DNA of 64,000 nucleotides from Octopus sinensis (Eukaryota): NCBI RefSeq assembly GCF_006345805.1, contig NC_043003.1:33728001-33792000 (forward strand), written 5' to 3'. Position numbers and translations under genes: made by a program. Positions 51,740 through 64,000 of the stretch are shown here, piece by piece. Within the stretch, counting starts at the first letter, position 1. Each line of letters begins with the position of its first letter. The notes below the pieces were generated by a model. It was not told where the DNA came from, did no database searches, and worked only from the letters and a program-made list of their open reading frames with translations.

Positions 51740-51843
51740 AAAATGTTTACTTTTCAACTAGATGTTTTCGGGTTCAGTCCCACAGCGTGGCGCATTGGGC
51801 GAGTGCCTGCTACTATCGCCTCGGGCCTACACTACCTTGTGTC

Positions 51844-51886
<43 letters not shown>

Positions 51887-52095
51887 CGCGTATGTGTGGA
51901 AGGGAGAGATAGTGCGTGTGTTTTTCTTTGACAACCAGTGTTCGTTTCGTGCCCTCATCATACCTTGGCAGTTGCACACATGTGACCGATAGATTAAGTA
52001 CTGGACTTAAAAATGAACAGCTATTGCGATTGATTTTCTTTTTTTTAATAAACCCTTCAGTGAGGTGCCCCAGCATGGTCGCTGTTCTATGACTG
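51740..52095 (+). mobile_element. degenerate SINE family B copy
   Basis: GGGTTCAGTCCCACAGCGTGGCGCATTGGGCGAGTG, internal (GT)n, and 3' GGTGCCCCAGCATGGTCGC..ATGACTGAAGCAGTAAAA. Confidence 0.75.
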
Positions 52096-52589
52096 AAGCA
52101 GTAAAACATAAAAGAAAGATATATAACTTACAAGTAACAAAACTCAAGGCTATAAACTATAAACTGTTGGTATCTCTCAAAAGTGCGTATGGCGTAACGG
52201 AAATAAATAAAAGACAAAATAAGGAAATAATTTGAATTGATAATTAGTAGCGTCTACAGAATCTATTTCTGGATTTCTTAAGCAAGTTCCCATATATCAA
52301 CTGCTAATTATTATCGTCATTAGGTTTAATAATTATTATGGACATTACGTGAAATAACAAACTCTAAAGGAAAAAAAAAAACCTACATGTTACACATTAG
52401 TGAACTGTGTAACTAATAATCTACAGTATTTCTAGAAGCATTTAATAATATGTACACATATACAGTAATATTTGAAAATGCACAAAGTTTTATCCTGCAT
52501 CTGTAATCATCGTATTTTGTTTTATTTTTCATCTTGTTACTATTTACATAATTGTGTTCATATATACATCAACAATAACAACAATAACG

Positions 52590-52870
52590 TTCTCAAGGCC
52601 AGGAATTTCAGGGAAGGAGCAAGTCGATTACATGGTCCCTAGTGTTCCAGTGTTACTTAATTTATCGACCCCGAAAGGATGAATAGCTAAGTCGACCTCG
52701 GCGGAATTTGAACTCAGAACTTAAGGACAGACGAAATGCCGCTAAGAATTTTGCCCAACATGCTAACGATTCTGCCAGCCCGCTGTCTTAACAACAATAA
52801 TCCTTTCTGCTATAGGCACGAGGTCTGAAATTTAACGGGAAGGGACCAGTCGATTACATCGACCCCAGTA
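52590..52870 (-). mobile_element. SINE family A copies
   Basis: ATCGACCCCGAAAGGATGAA..GTCGACCTCGGCGGAATTTGAACTCAGAAC. Confidence 0.85.
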
Positions 52871-53225
52871 CTCAATTTCTTTGCAATTTTTCTTTATCAC
52901 TCTGTCTTTCTTCCCTTTTATCACATGACTTTGCAAATGAACAATCTAGTGTCTTTATTTCAATGGCCTACCAATGTATGCAGTGAGTTTCTCTGTCCTA
53001 AGTGTCAGGAACACACTCGGGAAGAAATGGAAACGGAATTGAAAAATAAGATGATATTGATGATGATGATATCAATAATGTTAGCCCGTGTTCCTGAATA
53101 CGAAAGGTTTGGAACAAACATGGAAACATACTTTCACCATTACAAAGGTGACCGTAATTTATATCTTTGGAATGATGACGAAAGTGTATTTCATTATGTG
53201 TGCGTATATGTATATCATATATATA

Positions 53226-53257
<32 letters not shown>

Positions 53258-53265
53258 GTGTATGT

Positions 53266-53320
<55 letters not shown>

Positions 53321-53599
53321 TCACTGTGATGACTGTGACTGACCAAGCTATCAGATGTTGCTACATATCACTGGTCACAATGCGCTGTGCATTGTTTTAG
53401 CCTTCAAACGACGCCACCCCGCTGGCTAAGCGAGCAGGCCAACTTTAGAAAGATTGTGAGAAAGTTGTGGTGAAAGAGTACAGCAGGGATCGCCCCCCCC
53501 CCCTGCAGGAGTCTCGTGGAGATTTGGATGTTTTCTCTCAATAAACACAACGCCCGGTCTGGAAATCGAAATCGTGATCCTATAACCGCGAATCCGCTG

Positions 53600-53600
<1 letters not shown>
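53321..53600 (-). mobile_element. SINE family C, tail type 2
   Basis: Reverse complement of the 28555 copy; the tail abuts (GATA)n. Confidence 0.85.
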
Positions 53601-53631
<31 letters not shown>

Positions 53632-55866
53632 GACACACACACACATATATAATTAATAGAGGCAGCATGGTGCAATGTTTTACCAAAAAGGGAAACTATA
53701 ATCGTCATTAAATAAGACTGAGGGATATATATATATATATATATCATGTTTGAGCCTTCCCTTGAATGTTTTAGAATGACAACAAAGTAATGCAAAGTTG
53801 GTCTAGGAAATCTCTGCCACATCAAAGGTAATAATTGTTTGAATTTGGAAAATTGTTATGCTCCAAAATGTTAGACTTGACGTAGCACCCTTGTAAATAT
53901 TCTGATCAAATGCGTGGTAAATTTTGCCATAATTCTCTGGAAACAGGCTATTTTCCTTTCTTAACCTTTTAGTGTTCAGGTTATGCTGTTAAGAGTAAAG
54001 CTTATTTATTCAAATATTTTAGATTAATCGTGCATTATCTTGTAACTTTGGAATGTTGATTAGGTAACTTAATTTTCAGAAAGATATTGTAGTTGTCGTG
54101 CGAGTGGCTAGATTTCGCCAATTTGAACACAAAGCAAAGAGAATATTGGGGCCATAATATATTGCTTGTTTAAATACTAAAGTGTTAAAGTATGTAATGA
54201 CAGATGAAGAACGAAATATTTTTATATATATCCCTCATCTGTCATTTACTCAAGATGAAATTCAGTTTGGTGTCAGCATTTTCTCAGGATAGTACAGAAG
54301 TTATTGGGCGTACAGATTAATGCTGAATTTAATTTATTACTGCAAGGTTGATTTCACGCAGTTCTGCACCTTATGTTTTCAGCAACTTGAGGAAAACATA
54401 AACATATGTTTCTCGATTGTAGTCGCTGATGCAAGTGCTTTTCATAATTCTTTGTTTAGTATTTTGATTGTGTGTCTATTTTTGCTAACAAATATAGTTG
54501 GGGTGTATTTGAACATATTTTGGTGAATATATCTACACATCTCAACTAATTTCATTCGATTTCCAAAGAAGTGCAAGTAAATGACCAGCGGACAAGCAGT
54601 ACGTTATATCTAATAACTCCTCAATTTGCTTTATCCAAACAAAAGGAGACAAATGGGCGCGCTAAAGTAAGTGTGATTGGTTTGATCTTAATATACTGGG
54701 AATTAATATTTCAGAATACCATATTTTGGTCCGAAGGGAAAGCTTTTTGTTTCTCACACGAAGCGCTATGGTGGTTGGACAATTTTGTAATGTCTCGTTT
54801 ACTCAAACACATTTTGGGCTATAAGAAAGAACATCCAACTACTACTGCTTTGTTTGGGGCCGATGTGTCATTCTGTAATCTTAAAATAATTGAAGTCTAA
54901 TTCATATCGAGAAGAGAGATGCCGCATATTATAACTTCCCAAGATTGTGATTTTGATTTCAAGATATACCTTCCTTAAGCTACTTTTTTAAGAGATCCAT
55001 AGATGATTGAAATGTATATACATTTAAGGCTTTCACCTTATAATATACAGGTACACATACACATTAGCCAATGCAAAACGTATCTTCCGTAACCATAGAA
55101 AGGAAATCATTGACAAAGTTCTCTCTGCCTTTATTCCGATTCGCTATTCTCGCAGATAATGTGAAGCTTTTAAATTTTAGCTCGTCATCTGTGTCAAAGG
55201 AGGAAGAAAGTCTCAAAGGAAGAACAAAAAATAAATTGTGTCAGATCATCAATCGAAACTTTAATTTGTGTGTGCTGACAAAGGTGTTAATGTTTTGTGC
55301 ATTTAATAAAGCGAGTCAAAACTAGGCGTGGTCGAATACTTGCGTTGATCCTAAATCGTTGAATTATGCATTAAGGTTGCACTGGAATGTTGTTTGCGCT
55401 CGGCGTTTATTGTGGAGAGTGAAATGATGTTGTCATTGAGGACGTATTTCCATCTGAAGTATCACAGATGATGACTGATTGTTAAATAGGAAATCTTATG
55501 CCGGCTTTCATCATAAAAGAAAATATCTCGCTATTTCCGTTGTGCAAACATTTTGCTGTCATTTTTCACACTGTCGAGAAAGCTGAGACATGTCTGCTTG
55601 CTAAATTGTTTGAAGCCAGTACTAAGAGGTATTTGATGAATTGCTGCGGTACTAGTTCTAGTTGTTTTGTACATTTCAACGGCTGTTGTTGTATTACGAG
55701 TTGGGACTCGATCTCATAAAGAAAGCAGTGTTTGGTGCAGCGTTATAGAAGAGAGCTTATTTGTTGCCTTTTGTACATCCGTATTTTCGCTCAAAGTCAT
55801 GAATTCTGAATATGAGACACTATGTGGCTTGGATGTGTTGTCACCATTATTCTATACATACATACA

Positions 55867-55916
<50 letters not shown>

Positions 55917-56229
55917 ATATATATATATATATATTATATATATATATATATTTACATGCATACAAACATACATACATCCATAAATCCAACCATACATACA
56001 TACAAACATACATCCATACAAACATAAATACATACATATATACTTACATACACCTACTCTCTCTTCTCTACTGATGAGACATGATGTTGTAGCTAGGACG
56101 CTGTGTTATGAGAGCCGTCGGAAGGATAACCCAGAGGCCAAAGAAATAAGAACCTAAAGTATGGCAGAAACCATGGACACTCATAATAAAATGGAGTGCT
56201 GCTGGAAAATACTAATCAATTAAATGTAA

Positions 56230-56640
56230 ACATAATGAATCTGACATAGGAATTTGAGACAGAAAAAGAAATTGTGTACAGTAGTGGAAATCAGCTGCCT
56301 AGCGGATGTTAAAATAAAGATCAGCGATAAAAAATAACACCTAAGCAGAACTATTGCGGAATGTTCAGGTACTCTATCCGATTTACAAGTTCAGGTTTAT
56401 ACCTGTAGCTGTTGGGTACTGAGATATCTAACACTGCTTAAATATCAATGTTGAGATATTAGGCTTCTCAAAACCAGAAAGGAGAAAGCTATTTCGATGA
56501 CTACAGATCCAAGCCATCACTCGAACTGTAAAAGTTTGTAAAACTTTCCAGGCGTTTATCATTTAAGTATATATAATCATGTCTAGTCCTGCAACTATAC
56601 GCATGAGAATACATACATAAAACAGAACATACAAATCTGC
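56230..56640 (+). mobile_element. R4/Dong-clade RLE domain relic and 3' UTR
   Basis: KHNESDIGI*DRK..CTVVEISCLADV..ELLRNVQVLYPIYKFRFIPVAVG..LQIQAITRTVKVCKTF follows the PD-(D/E) RLE end layout of R4-like elements. Confidence 0.75.
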
Positions 56641-56836
56641 ACATTTACATACGTGCATACCAAAATGCCCATTTGATGTTGTTGAAATTCCAATGAAGTA
56701 GTCTTGGATCTAGGTTAGAAAGCGACTCTTTCATTAATGGCAAACAATCTTGCATATATCTACATACATACATACATACATGCATACATACATACAAACA
56801 TACAAACATACATACATACATATATATATATATATT

Positions 56837-56876
<40 letters not shown>

Positions 56877-56881
56877 AATAT

Positions 56882-56942
<61 letters not shown>

Positions 56943-58364
56943 TTTGCCATGATAGATCGCTAGCCATTACACATTCTTTATTTTCTCTCCTTGTTTCTTT
57001 CTGTTTTCCTTTCTGTGGAAGAGCGTAGGCTCGAAACGTTAAAGACGTTTTCACTTCCCGAGGGTTATACTAATACATTTGTTTGTTGTCTATCTTCCTC
57101 TTTTGTTTTTTTGTGAATTCTCCCTATATATATACACACATATATATATCTGTAGAGATATGTAAGTTACTTAAATTATTCAAAACAAATTGATTCCGCG
57201 CATACGCACGCACGCGCACGTGCACGCATATCTTTAGGATCATCTTATAGTTTATATACGTATATGTGTCTGTGTTTGTCTATATACATATGAGTGGCTA
57301 TTCGTATAAGCATCGTTGGACTATACCGCTAAACAAATACCATAAGGGAAAATATATGAAATATATACACTTGTAGTATACAACACTAGCAGCTAACAAG
57401 TATATGATTAAGTTTTTCCTCTACTTGTTAGAAATTGCAGCAGATATTTTTCTCATGTTTCAAATTAGTATTTCCAAAAATAATACCTTAGGAGGTGACA
57501 AATTACGAATTAATAGTAATATTTTGGGATGGTCTTTGTTGGGTGGCTTTGAACATATTGGAGTTAATCTAAAGAAATTCAACACCAACAACAATTTCAT
57601 AATACCAAACACAAAGGATTTATCAGGTTACTTGACTCTTTAGATATAGAAAGTGAATTTCGTAAAATGGAAAGGCATATGATACAATATTTCACACACA
57701 CCTTCATATGCAGTAACTGGATGCATTATCACTGCTGAATCCCAAAATTTCCGGTGTTTTCAGATTTTGCAATATATACTCTATTCTATGAGATCAGACT
57801 TAAGTTCTTCAAGCCTACATTTATGTACACATGACATTCTGCAGAGATCTCAGCCACCTCTTATTACCTAGACATATAATGCTTAAAAGTATATATGTAT
57901 GTAAGAATATATATAGGTGTATGTAAGTATATAAGCTATGCTTAAAATATGTGTGAGATGAAAGTTGTTCTGTTTCGTCTGAGATTTAGCTGTAGCATTC
58001 TTCGATTAGGACTGGCCAGAGGTTGCACAATATCACAACAACAAAAATATTCAATTTGTTTTTTTTGTAGTCGAAGCGTATATTCTTTCTCACATTAGAA
58101 AGCTTTCATGTGATCGGTCCATGGCTACGGATGGTAGTAACATTAAAATATTTCATGTGTTGAGTTTGTATAAAACACAGCAAGGGGTTGAGGGAAGTGG
58201 AAGCAACAATAACCATGAGTTCATACATTTATTAAACACACACACACACACACACATCTGACATATATTTACATATATGTGTATGTATATGTATATACAT
58301 ATGTATACTTAAGAATACTGTATAATATATATGAGTGTGTATATATGTCTGTGCATGAATGTAC

Positions 58365-58730
58365 ACACGTTGCAGGCTTCCCTTCCCTGCTCAAGCCGGC
58401 GTGTCGAACCCGAGGGAACGGAAAAAGGCCTGGTGGTGTGAAAAAATTTCCGTTCTGTAGCGGTAGGTCAGTCATCTGGGATGCCACATGCTGTGACACC
58501 TTCTCCAGCGGCAACCTGGTATGTTTAGCTTTCTGCCCAGGCTCCTATGCTTGTCAGGCTGAGAAAAGCAATCTCTCAAAGTATCGGTCGCTCTTTGACA
58601 AGTTTACGGAGGAACCTGTGGCGGGGATGTGTATCCGGAAGTGCGAGGCCCGTAAGTCAGAGTGGCTGTTTGAGAGCATCTCCTTCACTATCCTCCGGGG
58701 CAACGCCTTTTCCATTTAGTCTACTGGGGC
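58365..58730 (+). mobile_element. CRE-type non-LTR retrotransposon RLE domain fragment
   Basis: AGFPSLLKP..R.NGKRPGG...IWDATCCDTF..AEKSNLSKY..WLFESISFTILRGNAFSI corresponds to KRPDG..WD.T..DT..AE..K..KY..QRGNA. Confidence 0.85.
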
Positions 58731-58786
58731 CATGTGACAGTCTGAATTACAGGAAATCGAGAGAATATAGGAATTTCAGAGCTTAC

Positions 58787-59113
58787 TACACGAACAATCT
58801 TATTTTTGTTACAAACTTCAATCTGTGAGCGTCTGAAAGAAGTTAATTTCACTAATCTGTTCTTCACAGACACCTTCAGTAAAGACAACTCTAAAATAGT
58901 AACATTAAATCCAACAGCGTACCAAAGACGCTGGCTGCAGATAGTCATTCGATATGCTAGAAACCACGATGAAATATTCCACAAATCACCCTCGACTGTC
59001 TGTAAAAAATTCAAAGGTTGCTTTAAATAATGTTGTGCTAGAAACACACACCACGTCTGAACAAAAACGAAAAAAACTAATGAGATGATAACAACTAGAA
59101 TATCTTTGATCAT
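58787..59113 (-). CDS. candidate first coding exon of a secreted/membrane protein (unidentified)
   Basis: ATG with an in-frame stop 5 codons upstream, hydrophobic N-terminus MIKDILVVIISLVFFVFVQTWC, two N-x-S/T sites, and a phase-0 donor GTA|GTAAGC at 58786. No family recognised. Confidence 0.3.
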
Positions 59114-59498
59114 AGGTCTTCTCTGTTAGGACTTTTCTTGGTGGAAACGATTACAACAAAACCAACTGCAATACGAAAGCAATAAGAATTACAGAAAAAT
59201 ATGCAGGAAAGAAAATAACAGCAAAACTCTACCGTGATGAATATTACCACTAACAGCAACCACATGTACAATAATATTAAGAAGAAGAATAAAAACCACT
59301 AAACAGAAGAGGGACAGCAATGCCTTAATAAGAGTTCTTTCCCTCCATACACAAATCACTTTAAGACGAAAATCAAAAATAAAAGAAACGAAAGAGTATT
59401 TCTCATGCACTGCCATCAGAGCTCAGTCACAGAAGCCAACTAAAGACAAGCGCTTTACTGGGTGAAAAAGATGAAAAAAGATTATTCTCTGTGTCTTT

Positions 59499-59623
59499 CC
59501 GCCATGTTTCTTTTACAACGAAGAAATAAATGAATAAATAAAACAACTAGTGGAAAATATAAAAAAATATAAAAGATTTTATTGATTTTCGTAAACATGT
59601 AATTTCCCGGATACCGCCATCTT
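59499..59623 (-). promoter_or_regulatory. two YY1-type CCGCCATnTT motifs
   Basis: CCGCCATGTT at 59499-508 and CCGCCATCTT at 59614-623, upstream of the candidate exon. Confidence 0.25.
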
Positions 59624-59859
59624 ACTGTGCAGCAATAAATTGTGTCTTTCGTGTTGGCTTTATTTCTTTGTATTGTTTGTTTGCATGTCCTTATTTGTGT
59701 GTTATATTTTATTTTCTTGTTAAATTAATGTTGCTGCTGCTGTGGTCTTTATGTTTTCCGTTGTTTTTTTTTGTGTCTATTTCTATCTATATTTCTTCTA
59801 TGTACTTTACATCTGCTTTCAAAATATTCATTAAAAATATATATTTATTTTTCTGCGTT

Positions 59860-60033
59860 ATTATTACTATTATTGCTGTTGCTAATAATAATGATGATAA
59901 TAATAATAATAACAATAATAACAATAATAATGATAATAATAATAATAATAATAATGATAATAGCAACAACAACAACAACAACTACAGCAACAACAACAAC
60001 AACAACAACAACAATAATAATAATAATAATAAT

Positions 60034-60077
<44 letters not shown>

Positions 60078-60309
60078 GACAAGTAAAAGGAAAGTAGAGG
60101 ATCATCAACGACAACAAGTGGAGTAACAGCAACAAGAACAACAATAATAATCTATAATAATATTGCTGATGTTCCCATAGTTATGGCTCACTTTTGTTAA
60201 AGTTGTTTTTGAGTTATTACCATTCTTCATCGTTTTCTTCTTCTTCTTCTTCTCATTATTATTATTATTGTTGTTGTCATTATTGTTATTATTATTATTA
60301 TTATTATTA

Positions 60310-60363
<54 letters not shown>

Positions 60364-60368
60364 CATCA

Positions 60369-60417
<49 letters not shown>

Positions 60418-60468
60418 TATTATTATTAGTAGTAATAGTATTATTAGTAGCAGTAGTAAGTTCAGCAA

Positions 60469-60548
<80 letters not shown>

Positions 60549-60866
60549 TATCATCGGTATCAGCATCACAATCATCGTCCTAATGGATATTATTTCTCTT
60601 AGTCTACCTCCCTTTTCTGGTTAATTTTTCTTTTCCTTCCTCTCCATCCTCATCGTCCAACTCATTTTACTCTCCCACTCTTCCACATCATTATCTTTTC
60701 CTTTTCTCCCTTTCTCCTTTACTATTCACATTCTCTGCTTAAGTGTTTTTGTTGTCTTCTTACTCTCATTATTATTGTCACTACGTTTATAACTATTATC
60801 ATTATTATCATTACCCAAATCCCACGATTATCAAGATTATTATTATTATTATAATTATTATTATTA

Positions 60867-60901
<35 letters not shown>

Positions 60902-60942
60902 TATTATTATTATATTTATTTTATTACTATTATTACTATCAC

Positions 60943-60976
<34 letters not shown>

Positions 60977-61310
60977 ATTATTATTATTATTATCATCATC
61001 ATTCATCCGCCTCCTCATCATAATCACCAACACCACTACCACCACTATCGCCGCCAGCAAAAACACCAGCATTAGCACCACCACCACCACCACCACCATT
61101 ACCACCATCCTCCTCCTTCTCCTTCACCTCGTCATATTGTCATTATTATTATCATTATTATTATTATTATATTATTATTATTATTATTATCATCATTATT
61201 ATTATTATTATTATCATTATTATTATTATTATTATTATAATTATTATTTCATTATCATCATCATCATGATCATTATTATTATTATTGTTATTACTTTATC
61301 TATAATTATC
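59860..61310. repeat. very large compound trinucleotide field (AAT/AAC/TAT/AGC/AGT/CAC)
   Basis: Directly visible; source of the poly-I/Y/N/S ORFs. Confidence 0.97.
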
Positions 61311-62489
61311 ATTAGCAACGTTATTTGTTATTAAACACACACTCATAAAAAAAAACATGCGTATTTTACCTCTTTATACTTACCTTCCTTGCAGTAATAG
61401 CAAAACAGGATGCAGTGGAATTTATGTATTGCAGTGCATTTTAAGCCTGTAAACACCTAAGGATTTATCGTAGGTTGCAGGAAAGACAGGAGCTAACTTG
61501 TGTAAATGGCTTTATTTTTCTAAATTTACATCTCATTGCCAACCAGTGAGAAAATAAACGAAACTGCTCTTTTGTTTTTAGTAGAAAGAAACAAAGAAAT
61601 TAAGAATGAAAGAAAGAAAGAATAGGATTAGCAGAATGATGGGAGGTGTGTGTTGGAAGTGCATAGCAGGAAAACCAACTGAACACACCTCAGCAAAAAG
61701 GGATTACAGTATTAGTATTAATATTCTGTGTAGGTAACAACAACAATAGTAACAGCTAGAAAGAAAAAAATGCAATACTGGCAATAGCATTAAAGACATT
61801 AGTTGCTCCAGCACCAACAACAGCTGCGCCTCTTGTGATATCTAGATCAAATAACAACAACAGAATCGATAATAACATCCATGACAAAAACTAAAAAACA
61901 ACAACAACAGTTGTAATATCGGCAAGAGATGTAGCAACAAAACCAATGATAACGACAGGAAAATTGGTGGCGACAGAAACAACAGGAAAGAAAGAAATAG
62001 AAGCAATGGCAGAAACAGCATCGTCTGTCTGAAAAATGTTCTTATCTACACGCAATGCTAGACAGGAGGATTGAATGCTTACCTAAGAAAAAAAAAACCT
62101 GAAAAACAAAAAATTAAACAGAGAATATTGGAATATAGGACTATTGGAATAAATCTTGAGATATATAAACAGACATTTATTTGACTGTTGAGAATATTGG
62201 AACAACTCCATGAATTTCCTTACACCTACCTCTTTGCAGGTTATGTCAATAAATCTAGTTAAATGGAATACAACATGCATGTAGGATATAATTACATTGC
62301 TGTACATTATAACTACATATCTGTGGTATTTCACTACACAGTTACACATTATATAGTTACTATTTCACTGAATATTGTACATTATGCTGTAAAAGTTCGC
62401 TACAACTGTATCATTTAAGTACTGCTCATCTAGAGCAAATAATTGTAACACTAAAATTACTTACCTTTTATATTTTCTTTTATCGGTTT

Positions 62490-62800
62490 CAGCCATAAAA
62501 CTGCAGCTATGATGGGGCACTGCCTCAAAGAATTTTTAGTTGAATGAATCGACTCCAGTACTTTTCTTTTCAGAGCCTTGTCTAATCGGACTCTTTTTTG
62601 CCGAATCGCTGATTACGAGGGACGTAAACCAAACGAACCAACACCAGTTGACAAGCGCTGGTGAGACCCCCCCACACACACACACTCACACACACATACA
62701 CACACATGATGTGCTTCTTTTTCAGTTTCTGTCTAACAAACCCACTTACAAGGCTTTGGTCGGCCCGAGTCTATAGCAGAAGACACTTGCTCAAAGTGTC
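62490..62800 (-). mobile_element. degenerate SINE family B copy
   Basis: CACTTACAAGGCTTTGGTCGGCCCGAGTCTATAGCAGAAGACACTTGC matches 29190-29240. Confidence 0.8.
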
Positions 62801-63564
62801 TTGTACATCTAGAGTAGCTAATTATAATTGCATAACAGTACCTTTTACAATAAAAATGTAATACAAAATTCCTCGCCAAACAGCAATATTCTGCATGTAA
62901 CTTATTATAAAGCACTGTATTCGCAAGTAACATTATTATAATAACCGTGTATGTAATATACTAAACGTATATGCAGTATTGTCAGGAAACATTCTTCAAT
63001 TTTCATTCGAGATAAAATATCTCATAGATCTACTGCGTTAAAAGCACAATATATTCATATAAATTGGAGGAAAGCACAAAATCGTCCCGGCAGAAGCTGG
63101 TTATAACGCCAGATGCAGTTCAGACTTCTTGAGCTTCGTACTTGAAGCCATATGCCTTGATATAATCTCTCGCATACGATATACAAAAAGCAATACTACT
63201 TTCGCTGATATTAGGAAGAGTTACAAAGTAGAATAAAAATAGGTGCACGCAATTTAGCAGTATTAAATTATGTCATCTGTCTATCACTCCTAAAATATAT
63301 GCACAGGAGAGAGGTAAGATGCAGCAATTTTTGTCCGCGATAAAACTTTCGAAATGTTTCCATTCAAGTATGTTCTAATTCAATATTCTACAAGCTGTTA
63401 TTTATAGCATTATTTACTTCAAGGCTCCCCCATTAAAAAATATTTACTTAATAAAGATTCTTCAATTAGCATGAAAATTATAAAATACATATGTTTGTCA
63501 AACATGTTACATAATAGTAAAAAGTGGGGCAATATCATAATATATTAATATATCAATGGGAGAT

Positions 63565-63950
63565 GTCTTTACGTTCTGAGTTCAAATACCACCGAGGTCG
63601 ATTTTGCTGTTTTAGCTTTTCAGGATCGACAAAATAAGTACCAGCTGAGTACTGCTTTCAATGTAATTGACTTAACCTCGCCCCACAACTTGCTGGCCTC
63701 GTGCCATAATTTGAAATTTATGGACGGAAGTTTGAAAAATATAAATAAACGTGCAATGATTATGATAACAATGGAAGAGGTTGTTACAAAAACACAATAA
63801 TTCTAGAAAGCTTACAATATAGTAATGCCATCGATCTGAGTACTTAAAAGACACTCTGTTATCGATTCTGAAGAGCTGAAAAAGGGAGGTTGACCTCGAG
63901 GGAATTTGAACTCAGAAAGCTAGGAGGCAGATAAAATACCATTATCAATT
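63565..63950. mobile_element. two degenerate SINE family A copies (+ then -)
   Basis: TTTACGTTCTGAGTTCAAATACCACCGAGGTCG (+) and GACCTCGAGGGAATTTGAACTCAGAA (-). Confidence 0.75.
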
Positions 63951-64000
63951 TTGTCCAGTACAAGGGAAACCTATGAAGGGAGTATTACTGAGACATTAAC

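Noticed and set aside
54240-55845. Coding-looking stretch with an FYDESR (Tc1 FSDES-like) peptide on minus
   Set aside because: Single weak motif, many stops and no TIRs found; cannot be assigned by eye.
57016-57046. GGAAGAGCGTAGGCTCGAAACGTTAAAGAC hammerhead-like motif
   Set aside because: The core lacks CUGA and the NUH triplet (GAC); at best a dead pLTR-derived variant.
57487-57568. Possible 82-nt minus-strand exon (LTPICSKPPNKDHPKILLLIRNLSPPK) with AG/GT ends
   Set aside because: Its phase is incompatible with the 58787 donor, no family was recognised, and such AG..GT windows occur by chance.

Overview
AT-rich eukaryotic DNA packed with microsatellites and transposon relics. The tRNA-derived SINE families look like those of Octopus; this is an inference from recalled repeat families, not a database result. 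No host gene can be called with confidence, and almost all ORFs in the supplied track are translations of di-/trinucleotide repeats. The window holds several modular tRNA-SINE families, Penelope-like (PLE) GIY-YIG fragments and pLTRs, an L1/Tx1 ORF2 3' end, R4/Dong and CRE-type RLE fragments, two Tc1/mariner relics, a non-autonomous Helitron, a solo LTR with a 4-bp TSD, and a MITE carrying (TTAGGG)4. The most striking observations are: (1) a perfect 154-bp-arm palindrome at 38528-38842 whose arms each carry a near-canonical type I hammerhead ribozyme; (2) a ~40-copy 34-bp CpG-rich minisatellite at 18731-20098 whose unit aligns to an internal segment of a SINE present in the same window; (3) a PLE endonuclease ORF split by a 280-bp fold-back insertion with a 12-bp TSD; (4) a pre-miRNA-like hairpin at 10888-10986; (5) a candidate signal-peptide exon at 59113-58787 next to two YY1-type motifs. 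All alignments and translations were done by eye, so boundaries marked approximate may be off by tens of bases.
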